DNA of 62,019 nucleotides, the filler included, from Circinaria calcarea (taxonomy: Eukaryota): assembly GCA_051942165.1 (NCBI GenBank). It is 17 parts of 17 records of this genome, joined end to end, with 100 filler letters (N's around TTAATTAATTAA, not from the genome) between each part and the next. Parts side by side here need not be neighbours in the genome. Positions count along the whole stretch, not along the records: positions 21,964 to 25,520 come from JAVECS010002752.1; positions 25,621 to 29,176 come from JAVECS010002753.1; positions 29,277 to 32,832 come from JAVECS010002754.1; positions 32,933 to 36,488 come from JAVECS010002755.1; positions 36,589 to 40,142 come from JAVECS010002756.1; 12 more parts are not named here. One strand, written 5' to 3'. Position 1 is the stretch's first letter. Every line of letters starts with the position of its first letter. The notes under the pieces were generated by a model, which was not told the DNA's origin, ran no database searches, and was given only the letters and a program-made list of their open reading frames with translations. The translations under genes were made by a program, and so were the position numbers. This document shows positions 25,385 to 37,238 of the stretch, one piece after another.

Positions 25385-25520
25385 TGCGACAGTGGGCTTC
25401 TGCGACAGTGGGCTTCTGCGACAGTGGGCTTCTGCGACAGTGGGCTTCTGCGACAGTGGGCTTCTGCGACAGTGGGCTTCTGCGACAGTGGGCTTCTGCG
25501 ACAGTGGGCTTCTGCGACAG
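25385..25520. repeat. Perfect 16-bp tandem repeat TGCGACAGTGGGCTTC x8.5, running off the contig end
   Basis: Directly visible. Starts 20 bp after the receptor stop codon. Confidence 0.97.
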
Positions 25521-25621
25521 NNNNNNNNNNNNNNNNNNNNNNNNNNNNNNNNNNNNNNNNNNNNTTAATTAATTAANNNNNNNNNNNNNNNNNNNNNNNN
25601 NNNNNNNNNNNNNNNNNNNNT

Positions 25622-26241
25622 CCTCACAGCTCAGCAATACCGGCTGGTTCCTTCTCAAAGGAAGGAGCTACCCTACCGGAAGTCCTCACAAATAGAGAAC
25701 ACACGACAAAGGAGAATCATGGACCTCACCCACCTGACTCGAGCATCCAGAGCTACAGACGACATCCGTAAGAGCCTCGCGCCCTTTACCTCCGCTCCTG
25801 CCGCATGGGGGACCTCACTAACAAAAGCTACTTACATCTAGCCCCTACCAATCTTCCCACGATGCCCCTTCGCACGCCTCTCTCAAACCCCGCACCCGTC
25901 CCAGAGTAGCCGTCACCATGATTACCCGCGTCGCCGGCTCAGCCATTTCAATCCTCCTCAACGAAGCATTCGGCGTCATCATCGATACCATTGGGTCAAG
26001 GCACCACGACGTCCCGATGCCTAGTACCGATGATGGTGATCCTGTGTTCAAGTGGCACGGGCGCGAAGGTTACGTCTTCGAGGCGTGGAACGACCGCCAG
26101 ATGACTTTCGGCACGCTCAAAGACGCTGTCGCCGAGACGTATCTCTATCTGCATACGCATGGGTGGGGCGAAGCCTTTATTACGATTTGGGATGGGGGTC
26201 TGCAGGTCGGGGAGGCGAGGATCCTGGGGCCCGTTAAATAG
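25622..26241 (+). CDS. Small secreted protein of unknown function (5' partial)
   Basis: Exon to 25767 (..SSA|IPAG.., end of a signal peptide). Intron 25768-25841 with CACTAAC branch point. Then SLKPR and a C-terminal domain ending QMTFGTLKDAV..YL..GWGEAFITIWDGGLQVGEARI, a pattern I associate with expanded lichen-fungus secreted families. Confidence 0.65.
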
Positions 26242-26710
26242 GGGTCGAGTATTCAATGTCGGGCGTTTGTGGGAGCGTATATCTTACTGGCGGTAATTTA
26301 GATGGCGCTTTTGGGGCCTCTTGTGTCATGTAGTGTAGGACTGCATCCCCTTGAATACGAGCCAAACAGATTTATATTCGGCCGTTCTATCCGATGGTTT
26401 CTCGGCCCTTATACCCATAAGAGTAGTATTTATCTGAGTTTTCCGGTGTATACGACTGGGACATACTCTACTAAACTCAAAGATACAAACTTGGACTGCC
26501 AGTTGTGAGAAGCCATCGGATAAGGGCCGTAGTGGGGAACCTAGTTGTTCTGATCTAAATTGGTTCCATTACTTCAAGTAATCACGAGGAGAAAGAGAAA
26601 AGAAAACAACGGACACAACACGCAGTTACGACGCAAACTTCCTATTACGCAGACAATACTACTCCAGTCTCGGTCGGCCAACCACATGTTAACAAATCTA
26701 GTTACCCCAT

Positions 26711-27211
26711 CTACCCAACCACAGAAGTCCCTACCAGTACAACCACCACAACACGCACACTCCAATTCCCCAAACCCCACCCACCCACCTGACCCCAGCC
26801 AAAGCCAGAGCCAAAGGCCACCCCAGACGCAGCACCCATAAACGGCTCTACAATCTCTCTCGTAATACCTGTCCCATTCGCCCTCGCCCTCGTCGTCGCC
26901 ATTGCAGTGGCAGTGGCAGCAGCCGTATTCCCTTCCGGTTTCGGCCCCATCGCGCTCGCAATCAAGTCGCCTAACCCGTCGGCCGCTGGAACAGCGGCGG
27001 AGGATTCCACCACTATGACAAACGCATCCGCGGTTCCGCTCGCGGCATCATGCGGTGAGAAAGAGAAGATAACGCCTCTGATGGTTGGAGTGGAGTCTTG
27101 GGGGAGCGTGAGGGTCCCGGGGGAGGGGAGAAGGGGAGAGGACGGGAAGATGGAGGGGTTGGCAAAGGAGAGATGGGCTGAGGGATTGCAGAGAAGTTTG
27201 AGACTTGGCAT
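26711..27211 (-). CDS. Possible GPI-anchored or cell-surface protein, or a relic of one
   Basis: A/T-rich stalk, NGT sequon, 'EPFMGAASG' and a hydrophobic C-terminus. No clear signal peptide. Start uncertain. Confidence 0.3.
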   Translation of the reverse strand: MPSLKLLCNPSAHLSFANPSIFPSSPLLPSPGTLTLPQDSTPTIRGVIFSFSPHDAASGTADAFVIVVESSAAVPAADGLGDLIASAMGPKPEGNTAAATATAMATTRARANGTGITREIVEPFMGAASGVAFGSGFGWGQVGGWGLGNWSVRVVVVVLVGTSVVG

Positions 27212-27989
27212 GCTAAGAGTGAAATTTGGTATGTTAATCAGGCTTGGATAAGGTACCCACACTGAGCAGAAGCAGGTATAAGAAATAGCCAAGCAAGTGT
27301 AAGGGGCATTAGAAATAACTTCAAGGCACGACACGTTTCCATGCCTGACTGGGCGATACGCCTCTGTCCTTTTCGAAGTTATCTAGTAGAAATGTCACGA
27401 ACTAGTCGATGTGTATAGGAGCTGAAGTTTTGGACAGAGCCCATTTAGAAATCCGAAAATGGATTTTCTTTCAGATACTACCAAAGAGCGATTACCCGAA
27501 GACTTGACGGTGCTAATGGAAAGACCAGAAATGGTTTTGCGAGCAGGCGGTCCTTTGTGCATTTGGTTCGATATTGCCTTAGCTCACACCAGTCTTCAAG
27601 TAGAGATCCGTCATCGATGCTAGTAGGGAGGGCCATTGTATGCCTTGCGGTAACGTCAGGAGCTGAATCGAATCACTTTGAGGCTTCGGGGATTGTCCCG
27701 TTCGACCAGCTCTCTACCTTCAGGACGTATAGGAGTACTCCAGTTATCTAATGGGTACCGCGCTAAATTACCTCATGAGCCTCGGCTAGGCTCGCTAAAA
27801 ATTTACCGCCAAATAAACTCAGAAACGCTACTCCACAAGGCTAAGATGGACACGCGAGATTGTTGACACAGTCTCGTCCCGATGCAAGAAATGGCGTATC
27901 ATAGATCGGTATGGAAATGATAGTCATACGAATGTGTGGTCATTTGTGGGAACATTGAACTCTCATGACTCTGTGCATGATCTCTAGGA

Positions 27990-28708
27990 ATGGGTTCATA
28001 CTATGATATCGACGCAATCCTAACCGACGCTCAAAAGGTCCCATGTACCTTTGAGATCGATGTACCAGGCCTTGGTTACATTGACGGCAATGCCGGTGGT
28101 GATGTAAATTTCCCTACACGTTATCTGAAACCATGGATAAGCTGATTCAGTTCCCAGATGAAAAAAGGAAATCAGGTCTCTCTCCCTCTTTGGCTCGGCG
28201 GATTCCTGGCCCACCAGCGCCTCGGATCTTCCCAATGCGTGAACCTTGATCTCCCTACGTCACTTTCTCCTCGCGTCCTTAATGCCTTGAAGGCGGACCC
28301 AAAAACCGTGGACCTGCGGGCATTGGCATCTCATTTCTATGAGCTTGCCGCAAGAGTACTTGATTTGTTCGAGGAGGATGAGATTGTGGACGTTTTGAGC
28401 GAAGTATGCTATGCGTAGCACCATACTCATTAATCCGGCTATGAAAAGGCTCTGATATATGTTGTAACGAGGTAGACGTTCAAGAAACGGGCGGCTGAGA
28501 TAGCGGACCACGCTCACAACACACAAGGGGCCCTTGGGGAGGGTGTGGAGTTTTTGAGGGGCCTAGATGAAATGGAGAGGCAGTGTTAGGACATCAGGGT
28601 ATTGGTTTGGAAATTTGGGCTGATTTCCATATAATAGTGTTCCGATCTGCTCATGACAGCTCCAAAGCTATGCGAGTTTGGATGGGCGAATTGAAGAAGA
28701 AGTCATGA
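27990..28708 (+). CDS. PSF3: GINS complex subunit Psf3
   Basis: Exons 27990-28103 (MGSYYDIDAILTDAQKVPCTF), 28158-28403 (LPLWL, LNALKADPKTVDLR), 28476-28584 (FLRGLDEMER) and 28638-28708. Confidence 0.95.
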
Positions 28709-29277
28709 AAGTGAACTGCGCAGATATTCGAACGGGATATCATGGGAATGGCCTCGCTGGGGTTTCTCAATGTACAAAGGAATCAATACACAGTCGACAG
28801 GCGCGAAACATGTTCAGCTGAGCATCCCGGGCGTCCCTTCAAGATTAATATTGAGTCCAGGAGAAGAAAACCTCTCGCTCATACCGAACTTTATCTACGA
28901 TACTTTTCAGCAAAAGCGGCCATAAGAGTTTTCCACGCTTCAGTGCGTATGATAAAAACTAAAGTTATGAGAGTAATGAGATTCACTATATCCTTCACCG
29001 ATGGCCCCACGGAAACCTGACATACTGTCCATCCTACGTATTTCTAGACTGCTGCTCTCTATTTCTAATCTGGTTGGCGAAAACATCGGATCCATCAAGC
29101 AAAGTCCCCAAATAGGAAGACGACATCAAGAAGGTCGTCATGCTTGCCATGTATAACTTTAACTACATATCTATCCNNNNNNNNNNNNNNNNNNNNNNNN
29201 NNNNNNNNNNNNNNNNNNNNTTAATTAATTAANNNNNNNNNNNNNNNNNNNNNNNNNNNNNNNNNNNNNNNNNNNNC

Positions 29278-32176
29278 AACTATTATCCGACTCTTCGGCC
29301 TACTCCGCCTATATCGGGAAGATCAACGCCTTCCGTCGCACAAACCTTGGTGGGTCCAAACAAGCCCGCTTCGACATCACAAGTCCCGAGTAAATCCTCG
29401 ACACCCGCCAATGACAGTTTTGCCAACCTCGTCCCCTTCAACGCCTCCCACTCGCTCAAAAATGTTTCCCTACAGCACCGGCAGCAGATGCTACAGGAGC
29501 AACGAGAAAAACAAGAGCTGGACAGGAGGAAGGGATATGACATACGTTATGGCATGCAGGACGCCAGCATCTGGAGTAAGCTGGGCGATGGAAGGGCTAC
29601 ACCGGACAGAGTTACCTCGCCACCTACTTATGCAGGAACGGATGAGTACGGGGGACGGAAGCTTTCCACGGCTATCAACAAGCCTTTCGCCGGTATCGAC
29701 ATGGCTTCAGCGGCTAAATCTACGAGGACGTTGTCTGGAGATGAGGATGACCTTCTAGCAGCGTTCGATGCTAAAGCCCCGGTTGATTCTTCCAGCAATT
29801 TTCCAGTGCCCATCAACGGGCGGGATAGTCCGATGTATGGTCAGACGACCTCGAGCTCAAACCGTTCGACATTGCAGGAAGTGGCAGGTCTAAACGGACA
29901 TCCGGAGACAAGCCTTGACGAGGACCTATTCGGCCTTGGGACAACGAGATCAGCAAACGCGACCTATCCCAGTCCTCTCAGTCAAGATCTTCAAGATGAC
30001 GACGTTTTAGGCTTACTGGGAAAGCCACTGTCGGAGATGCCTACGCAGCAATCAAAAAATGTCACGTCTCCCGACCGCGAAGCTTCTGAAGCGATTTCTC
30101 CGTGGAATAAAGCCATTGCAGAGCTCGTAGATATGGGCTTCTCTCCAGAGAAGTCACAGCGTGCCCTTCAGAATACAGATACCGGCTTTGATATCCAAGC
30201 TGCGGTTGGGTGGCTTCTTGATCAAGCCCACAACGAATCTCGACAAAAACCCCGCATCCGAATGCCACCACGTAGAATCTCTGGGGAAGGAAAGGAGCGT
30301 CAGTCAGGTACTAGGTCTCCTCCGAGAGGTAGTCAAGAAGACAGCGCTCCTATACCGGCCTGGATGCGCCAACAGAGCCGATCCAACTCTTCGCAAAGGC
30401 GACAGGATAGCAAGTCTCCCGTAAATGGAGACAAGGACCCAGGAAAATATGCAGCGGAGATAGGCAGCAATCTGTTCAAAACAGCGAATTCGTTATGGAA
30501 AACTAGCACAAAGAAGTTAAACCAAGCAGTGTCGGAGCTCAACTCGGACAGTGATTCGACTCAACCAAAGTGGATGCGAGAAGTACAGAGCGGGCAACAA
30601 GAATCTAGGAGAAGAAAGCAACCACGACAGTCTGATAAGCAGATTGAACCCGAGATTCTGTCTACTAAGGACTCCCGCACATCTTTCCCGATATCGAAGG
30701 AACTAGATATGACTGATGAAGCCTTGATGCTCGAGATAGCAGACGCACACCCAAGGGTTCGTCAGCAGCAAAAGATTTCTAAGCCTGCGTCCAATTTAAA
30801 TCACGATTCCTTTTTTGCAGAGGATCGCCTTCCTACGGCTTTAGAAAAGTCGCGCATTTCGGAACCAGCTATGCCAAAGCTCACCCAACATAACAATATC
30901 AGAGACCCACGATCAAAACTGAGCCGACACGCCCTTGAAGAGCAGACATCTCAAGCCTATATCAGCCCCGCAAGGCGAAAACGACCTGTCCCGGAACCGC
31001 GGACTGCTGGAGAAGATCTTATTGGTGATGCATCTTTCAGTCCCATGGTAACTTCTCACGCTAGGCCTAAGCCTGCTGTACAGGTTCAGACTCAAAACCC
31101 GCCTTCTGTTGCCCAAAAACCCACAGCGACAGCTCGTAAAGTCCCTCCTCTTTCATCTATTGCCCTTCAAGCCTCAACGTCTCATCGACTTGCAGGTACA
31201 TCTGCATATAAGCTTGGCAATTATGCCCAAGCTACTACGTCATACTCCTCTTCCCTTTCTTCTTTGCCCGTAGCACATCCTCTTACGGCTGTATTGCTTA
31301 CAAACCGAGCCCTCACTCATCTTAAGACTGGCGACCCCAAAGCATGCATTTCTGACGCTGACGCTGCTCTTAATGTTATCGGCCCTTCCAAAGGCGAGAG
31401 TGAGTCGATTGAATTAGGACCTGAAGAGGGAAGTAAGGAGATGGCAGCTTTCTGGGGCAAAGCCATGACTCGTAAAGCTGAAGCACTGGAGCAGCTCGAG
31501 CGATGGGAGGATGCAACAAAGATATGGAAGGAATGTGTGGAAGCGGGGGTCGGAGGCAACATCAGCATTCAAGGAAGGAATAGGTGCGAGAAGGCTGCTG
31601 GTGGTAGCGGTAGCTTGCAAGGCGATTTCGCTGCACACAGACCTCAGCCTGCAACACGGAGACCTCCGAAGCCAAAAAGCTCCGTTATTCAGGATCTCTC
31701 CGGAAAACAAGGTACCACCATGGTCTCATCCGCCGAAGCAGTGAATCGGCTGAGAGCTGCGAATGCCCAAGCTGAGCGGGTTGATGACGAAAAATTCGCA
31801 CTTGCAGACTGTGTTGATGAGAGACTCACCAGATGGCGGAAAGGAAAGGAAGGGAACCTAAGAGCGTTACTTGGGAGCTTAGATACTGTTCTATGGGAAG
31901 GGGCTGGGTGGAAGAAGGTAGGGATGGGCGAGTTGATTGTGCCGGGGAAGGTCAAGGTGGCTTATATGAAGGGGATATCAAAGGTTCACCCCGATAAGGT
32001 ATGTTTCTCGTGTTGCATTGTGGAATATGCTAGGCCGTGGTGAGGGGTATAAAAGCTAACTGGGAGATATATAGTTGCCTACGACCGCTACGACAGAGCA
32101 AACGATGATTAGCGGTGCGGTTTTTAGCACGCTGAATGAGGCGTGGGATCGGTTTAAGAAGGAGAATGGGCTTTAA
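29278..32176 (+). CDS. SWA2: Auxilin-like clathrin uncoating factor (UBA, TPR and J domains), 5' partial
   Basis: UBA (AIAELVDMGFS..AAVGWLL), TPRs (LLTNRAL, KAMTRKAEALEQLERW), GKEGNLRALLGSL and J-domain VHPDK. Intron 31999-32074. Last exon ends LNEAWDRFKKENGL*. Confidence 0.9.
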
Positions 32177-32609
32177 TGCCCTAATAGTGTATGCTTTCTG
32201 CTACCTGGATGTTTTCTAGCATGGCAATACTCGTATATATAGATCGATAGCCTAGCTGGAGAATAGCATTCGGGAACTTTGAGCTTCTGGGACGAATCTA
32301 TAGCTTAGTGATGGCGTCTCACAACAACTTCGATCTTTCTGGTGCTTGTGTGCTATTTGTACTTCTCCCACTAGAAAGATGGGCATCCCTATGACTGTGG
32401 TAGAAGCCGGAGAAAGCCTTAAACAGGATGTTCATTTAGCCTGTGTGTACGGTGGCTCGAATCGAAGTCATAGAAGACAGGACGGGAAAAGGCAAGCGCT
32501 AATGGGATTTGAATTCAATTCTGATGATATTCCCGGCCTGGTTGCCTTTCGGCGCAATAGGTAGTACGCGCTCTCATAGAGGTGGGATCGCCACTTCGTT
32601 TGCATTTAC

Positions 32610-32832
32610 GTTATTAATACGGTGGCATGAATAAACCTTACAAAAAATTTTGAAATTTTTTTTAAACTTTTATTTTCGGAAAATCATTTTTCAATTTCGC
32701 ACACCCCAGTTTCTATTATTTTTATTATAATAATTATTATAATAATAATAATAACGTATATAATTAAATAAATAATTTAAAATAATATTATTATAAAAAT
32801 AAAATTTTATTATTTATTTATAAATTTATAAT
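32610..32832. mobile_element. Very AT-rich RIP-like repeat relic at contig end
   Basis: Abrupt shift to near-pure A/T with TAA/TTA runs. No family can be assigned. Confidence 0.45.
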
Positions 32833-34558
32833 NNNNNNNNNNNNNNNNNNNNNNNNNNNNNNNNNNNNNNNNNNNNTTAATTAATTAANNNNNNNNNNNN
32901 NNNNNNNNNNNNNNNNNNNNNNNNNNNNNNNNGTGGTGAAGGCACAGTATGTAATGTGTAGTAATAGCATCAAACCAAGGCGGAAAAAATGTGACCTGAT
33001 GTTTAGCATGTAGTTGGGGCGTCTCAGTGATTTTTGCTGTGCTCAGAATGATAGGTAAGCGCGGAATAATCGTGACACAGCCAATGCATACCCTGCACGG
33101 AAAGGGTCTCTGGCCTAGCCTTAACGTAGCTCCGTTGCATATAACAGAGCTATGCTATACTAGTAGATCTTTTCTAAACAATATCAGGGTGTAGATTTTA
33201 TGCCAACATTGTAGGCCTACCACCTGGTCCTTATAATACTAAGCTTGAGGTATCGGTGCCGGGCTCCCGTACATAATAATCTCTTACAGAATTCATCGAA
33301 ACGCCTGTGCCAGACGCTAAGGCAAAGCCAGGCGGCGGTAATGTTATCAAACGAGCAACACCAACAGCGCAGGCGCTATTTCTCCCGAGTTTGAAACCTG
33401 AACTTCAGCTCGCGCGAGGATAGGTTGGTTGCATAGCAGTAGCCGCCCGCAACGGCGGGTTAGCCAACAGGGACCCTGGAGATTTTTGTAGGACCGATTC
33501 AAGGATTGAGTTGGCAGGCTCATGTTATAATTATATACAATCTTAAAAGTCCCTGGTGAAACCCTTGAGGCACGGTCGGCTGCGGGCACTGTCAACTGTT
33601 TCTGTGCCGGAAGACGCCCAAGCGCAACAATAACAGGGCCGGCATGATGCATCCCAGACCTTTCAGCAAATTAATTGTGTTATCCCAGGCAGGACTTACT
33701 GCGGCAATACGAGTGCTAGGGAGGATGACTGATATTACCAATTTTAAGACTTTATGTTCCCCTTTCTATTTTGTTTTTGTGCAGCGAGAAAGGTTTAAAA
33801 GTCAGGCGAATTCCCTTACCTGTTCTGCAGTTCGATCCTTGCGAGTTGTTAGTCAAGGTGGATCCAGGTCTTCTCTCTGATCTGATTTTAAGGTTGGCTT
33901 AGTCGTTGGTTCAAAGCATTGCCCAAGGTGGCGAAGAATGCATACGTCGACCAAACTTTGCCCTTGATAGAAAGATACTGTGGGAGGTTGTTGTTAAGTG
34001 GTGAATTCTGCATTGCTATTGGGTAGTATATCCTGCGTTGCTGTTAAGTGTTAGAACATGTTTGCTACTGAGTAGTGGATCCGGCGTTTTTCTCCCAACC
34101 TCAAGGCGGCGTCAAGGTCGTTGGTTCGAGGCACAATCCAATCTAAGTGAACGGTCAAGACGGAAGGGGAGAAAGAAGATATCACTAGTGAAAATAATTG
34201 CACCTTCTCGGTCAGCATCAAACTACAAGTACTCCCAGCAGGAACCTCTTTCCAAATCATTCAATCGTCTCTCAATTCACTCCAAAGTCCCATCTTCCAG
34301 CCTTCACTTCAGTATTACGCTAGGCGCGTTTTATACTTCCCACGAACACCAGCATTTGCTATTCGATATTTGCGTTGCAAGCGCACTCGCGAAAGCCAGT
34401 TCCATCCATTCTACAAGGTAAGCTCGAAGCCCGCACGACCGAGTCTGCCCCTTTAGACCTTCAAACTTTGTGGTTGTTGCTTCTTATGATTTGACTCGGG
34501 GCTTCTGCATGTTCATCTTTAATATTCTACAACAGAGATTCTGTCTGCAGCATCTGTA

Positions 34559-35037
34559 ATGGCAGCCTTCAAGACTTTCATCGTTCTGTTCCTACTCTCG
34601 CTGGCGACACATACTTTGGCCGTGAGAGTCGCCTGCGTCGCATATTACAACGGGGTTGCACTCAATAGACAACCAGAAAGGAGTAAAGAAAAGAATTACA
34701 AGGTTATAGATGACCCTAACAACTCGATTTTGTCAAAGATAGGCAGCTGGTCCGGTGGAAAATACAAGGCGTCCAAGCATCCCGCTATTGGAATTATTAC
34801 TGTGACGAATTACTCGGACGCCGCAAATAAAGGAGCAGCCACTCGATGACCCAGGATATGCTACACATGATTAACCAGGGCCTGAAAAGTTCGCGATCCC
34901 CCTCTCCGGGCGGGTCAGGCTCCAAGTCGCCGAAGCGGCGACGCGATATCGACTATAACTTTGAGCGACGTGGCTCTGACCTCTGGTATAACTTCGAGCG
35001 ACGTGGTCTTGACGACTATAACTTCGAGCTGTATTAA
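34559..35037 (+). CDS. Small secreted protein with C-terminal Kex2-type repeats, split into two ORFs (34559-34849 and 34846-35037)
   Basis: Signal peptide MAAFKTFIVLFLLSLATHTLA. Probable 5'-UTR intron 34418-34535. The ORFs overlap at ATGA 34846-34849. ORF2 ends KRRR-DIDYNFE-RR-GSDLWYNFE-RR-GLDDYNFELY*. Confidence 0.75.
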
Positions 35038-36588
35038 CAAAACACCGTTCGGCTATTGTGGTGAAGCCAACGTGGCTAGACTGAAAGGCATGGATTTCGC
35101 GATTGGTTTTGGGCGCGAGTATAGAAGGACTGGATGGTTTTGATTATATACACATAAATACACATGTAAAATAGCGATTAAGCAGTACAGCAGCAGCGTT
35201 AAAGTTGATTATTACGTGACCTTTATATACCTTTGTAGTTAATCGATAATGCTACACACCCTTGTTATTTTTCAATATTATTCAGAACCTCGAAGCCTGG
35301 TAGAAAAGCAATATCAGGGGTTATTATATTAATAAGTAAATGAAACTGCAGATACGCATCAAGCCAACTGCCCTCTCCAATAAATTAACCTGCTTCGCCA
35401 AAAGAAAACGATAATTTCTTCATTTATATACTTGCATAAACGCGGTGAGGTTTTTGAAAGTTGCATAACCTAGGAGATGCGTTCGATAACTCAAGCATCC
35501 GCTGGATGCAATTTTAATAAAATAGAGGTTGTGAAGCACTCTATGCCTCAGGTTACTATATTTGAAGACCTAATACCCGAGGTATAGGCTACCCTCTCAT
35601 GCTCTACGCTTAGGGGTGGTGATACCTCGCTTAGTTGGCGTCTTGGTGTATAACGAAAACCTTTCACGCACACACTCCTTCTTCTGTACTAACTAGCTCT
35701 CGTATGGGATAGTGCACATAGCCACCGTATTGCTTGTGCCTCACATTGCCAAATACCTTCTCCTTAAATACTTTTCAAGTAAAGTACTCTGTGGCCTTAT
35801 AGGTGGAGGGCAAAAGCGACTAAACTGGAACGGGGGCAGGTTTGTTATTTATTTTGGCGCATACACACAAGGACTTGCTGGATTTCGAATTCCTGCACAC
35901 ATAAACACCCTGCTTAGCAGCAGACACATTATGAATAGTAATCTGGGTAGTGCAGCAGCAATATTGAACTGGGCATTTATGTGATTTCTACATGCACATT
36001 CACTGTAGCAGTCAGTTCAAGCCATATACCCTCTAATCCTTCGCCATTTAGGACCTCGATACCTATCTCGGCAGCGTCCTTGCCTATACCTTAAGAGCAT
36101 AGCGGAGCACCCTAATTCCTTCACAATATCGTTCTTTCTTCTGACTCGGCTGTCAACACGGATCATCGTTGAAGTTCTCTACTTTGCGGCCTCGGCCAGC
36201 TCTTCTGTTTCCGTATCCGTCATTTTGAGTCAATAGCTATCGAGTCTTTTTGTGCCGGTTTCGTTGGCGCTCGGCGATTTCTATCAGGCACACGGGGCGG
36301 CCGGCCGGCCCTCCCCAGTGGCGCAGACGAAGATGAAGAAGCTATTCAAGGGAATTTCGTCGGAGGTGAGTTTGGAGTCAATGATGGCGGGTCATTCCAA
36401 GTCGGAGGTGACTTTGGAGAAGGTCAGAGGCGTGCCTGAAAGGTTAAGGGAGAGACAGATTATGGTAATTGCGTAAATGAAGATGGAANNNNNNNNNNNN
36501 NNNNNNNNNNNNNNNNNNNNNNNNNNNNNNNNTTAATTAATTAANNNNNNNNNNNNNNNNNNNNNNNNNNNNNNNNNNNNNNNNNNNN

Positions 36589-36801
36589 GCCATGTGCCTC
36601 GGCCTGCTGCGGCCGGACCTCTGGAAACCGTCCACCAAAGTCCGCGAGGTGCTCGAGTTTGCGCGCGGCGTGCTGGGCGCGCCGATCGCCGAGGATGCCG
36701 TCGAGGCGGGCATCGGCAGGGAGTTTCGCGAGGAGAGGACGGCGTGGGAGAGGAAGGCGAGGGAGTGGACGGGGATGTATGCGAGGAAGGATGGGAAATG
36801 A
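36589..36801 (+). CDS. Ubiquitin-conjugating enzyme E2 (UbcH7/UBE2L3-like), C-terminal fragment
   Basis: Active-site CLGLL..WKPSTK, followed by L..P...A...AREWT..YA. Confidence 0.85.
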   Translation, partial: AMCLGLLRPDLWKPSTKVREVLEFARGVLGAPIAEDAVEAGIGREFREERTAWERKAREWTGMYARKDGK

Positions 36802-37238
36802 AATGAGATGTGGAGGGGAGGAGTGTTGATGGTAGCAAACGAGGAAGTGCTCTTCGTAGCGTGAGCTTGGAATAATTTACGGGAGACGAGAATACAGCCA
36901 TGGGAATACGAATCATGAAGAAGCTACGGCGCGCTCATGAAGGGTATCACGTTTGGAGCTGAGGGTATTAGCATTCGATTGCAGCAACTCGCTTTAAAGA
37001 CTGCTAGTACAATATTCAAGTCCAATTCCAAGACACCGCGTCTATAACTTTGCCGCATAAATTTCAGCCGCGTTCTTTACTTTACTCCGCGTTTGCCAAC
37101 CCTTTGCCTGGCCTTCCATGCAAGGACCCCTTGATTTCGTAACAAGCGTAGCATCATGACAGTGAACAAAAATAATATCAATTATAAAAAATATTTTTCC
37201 CGACGCAAATGCCAAAACCTCCATTTGTAATTTTCCAC

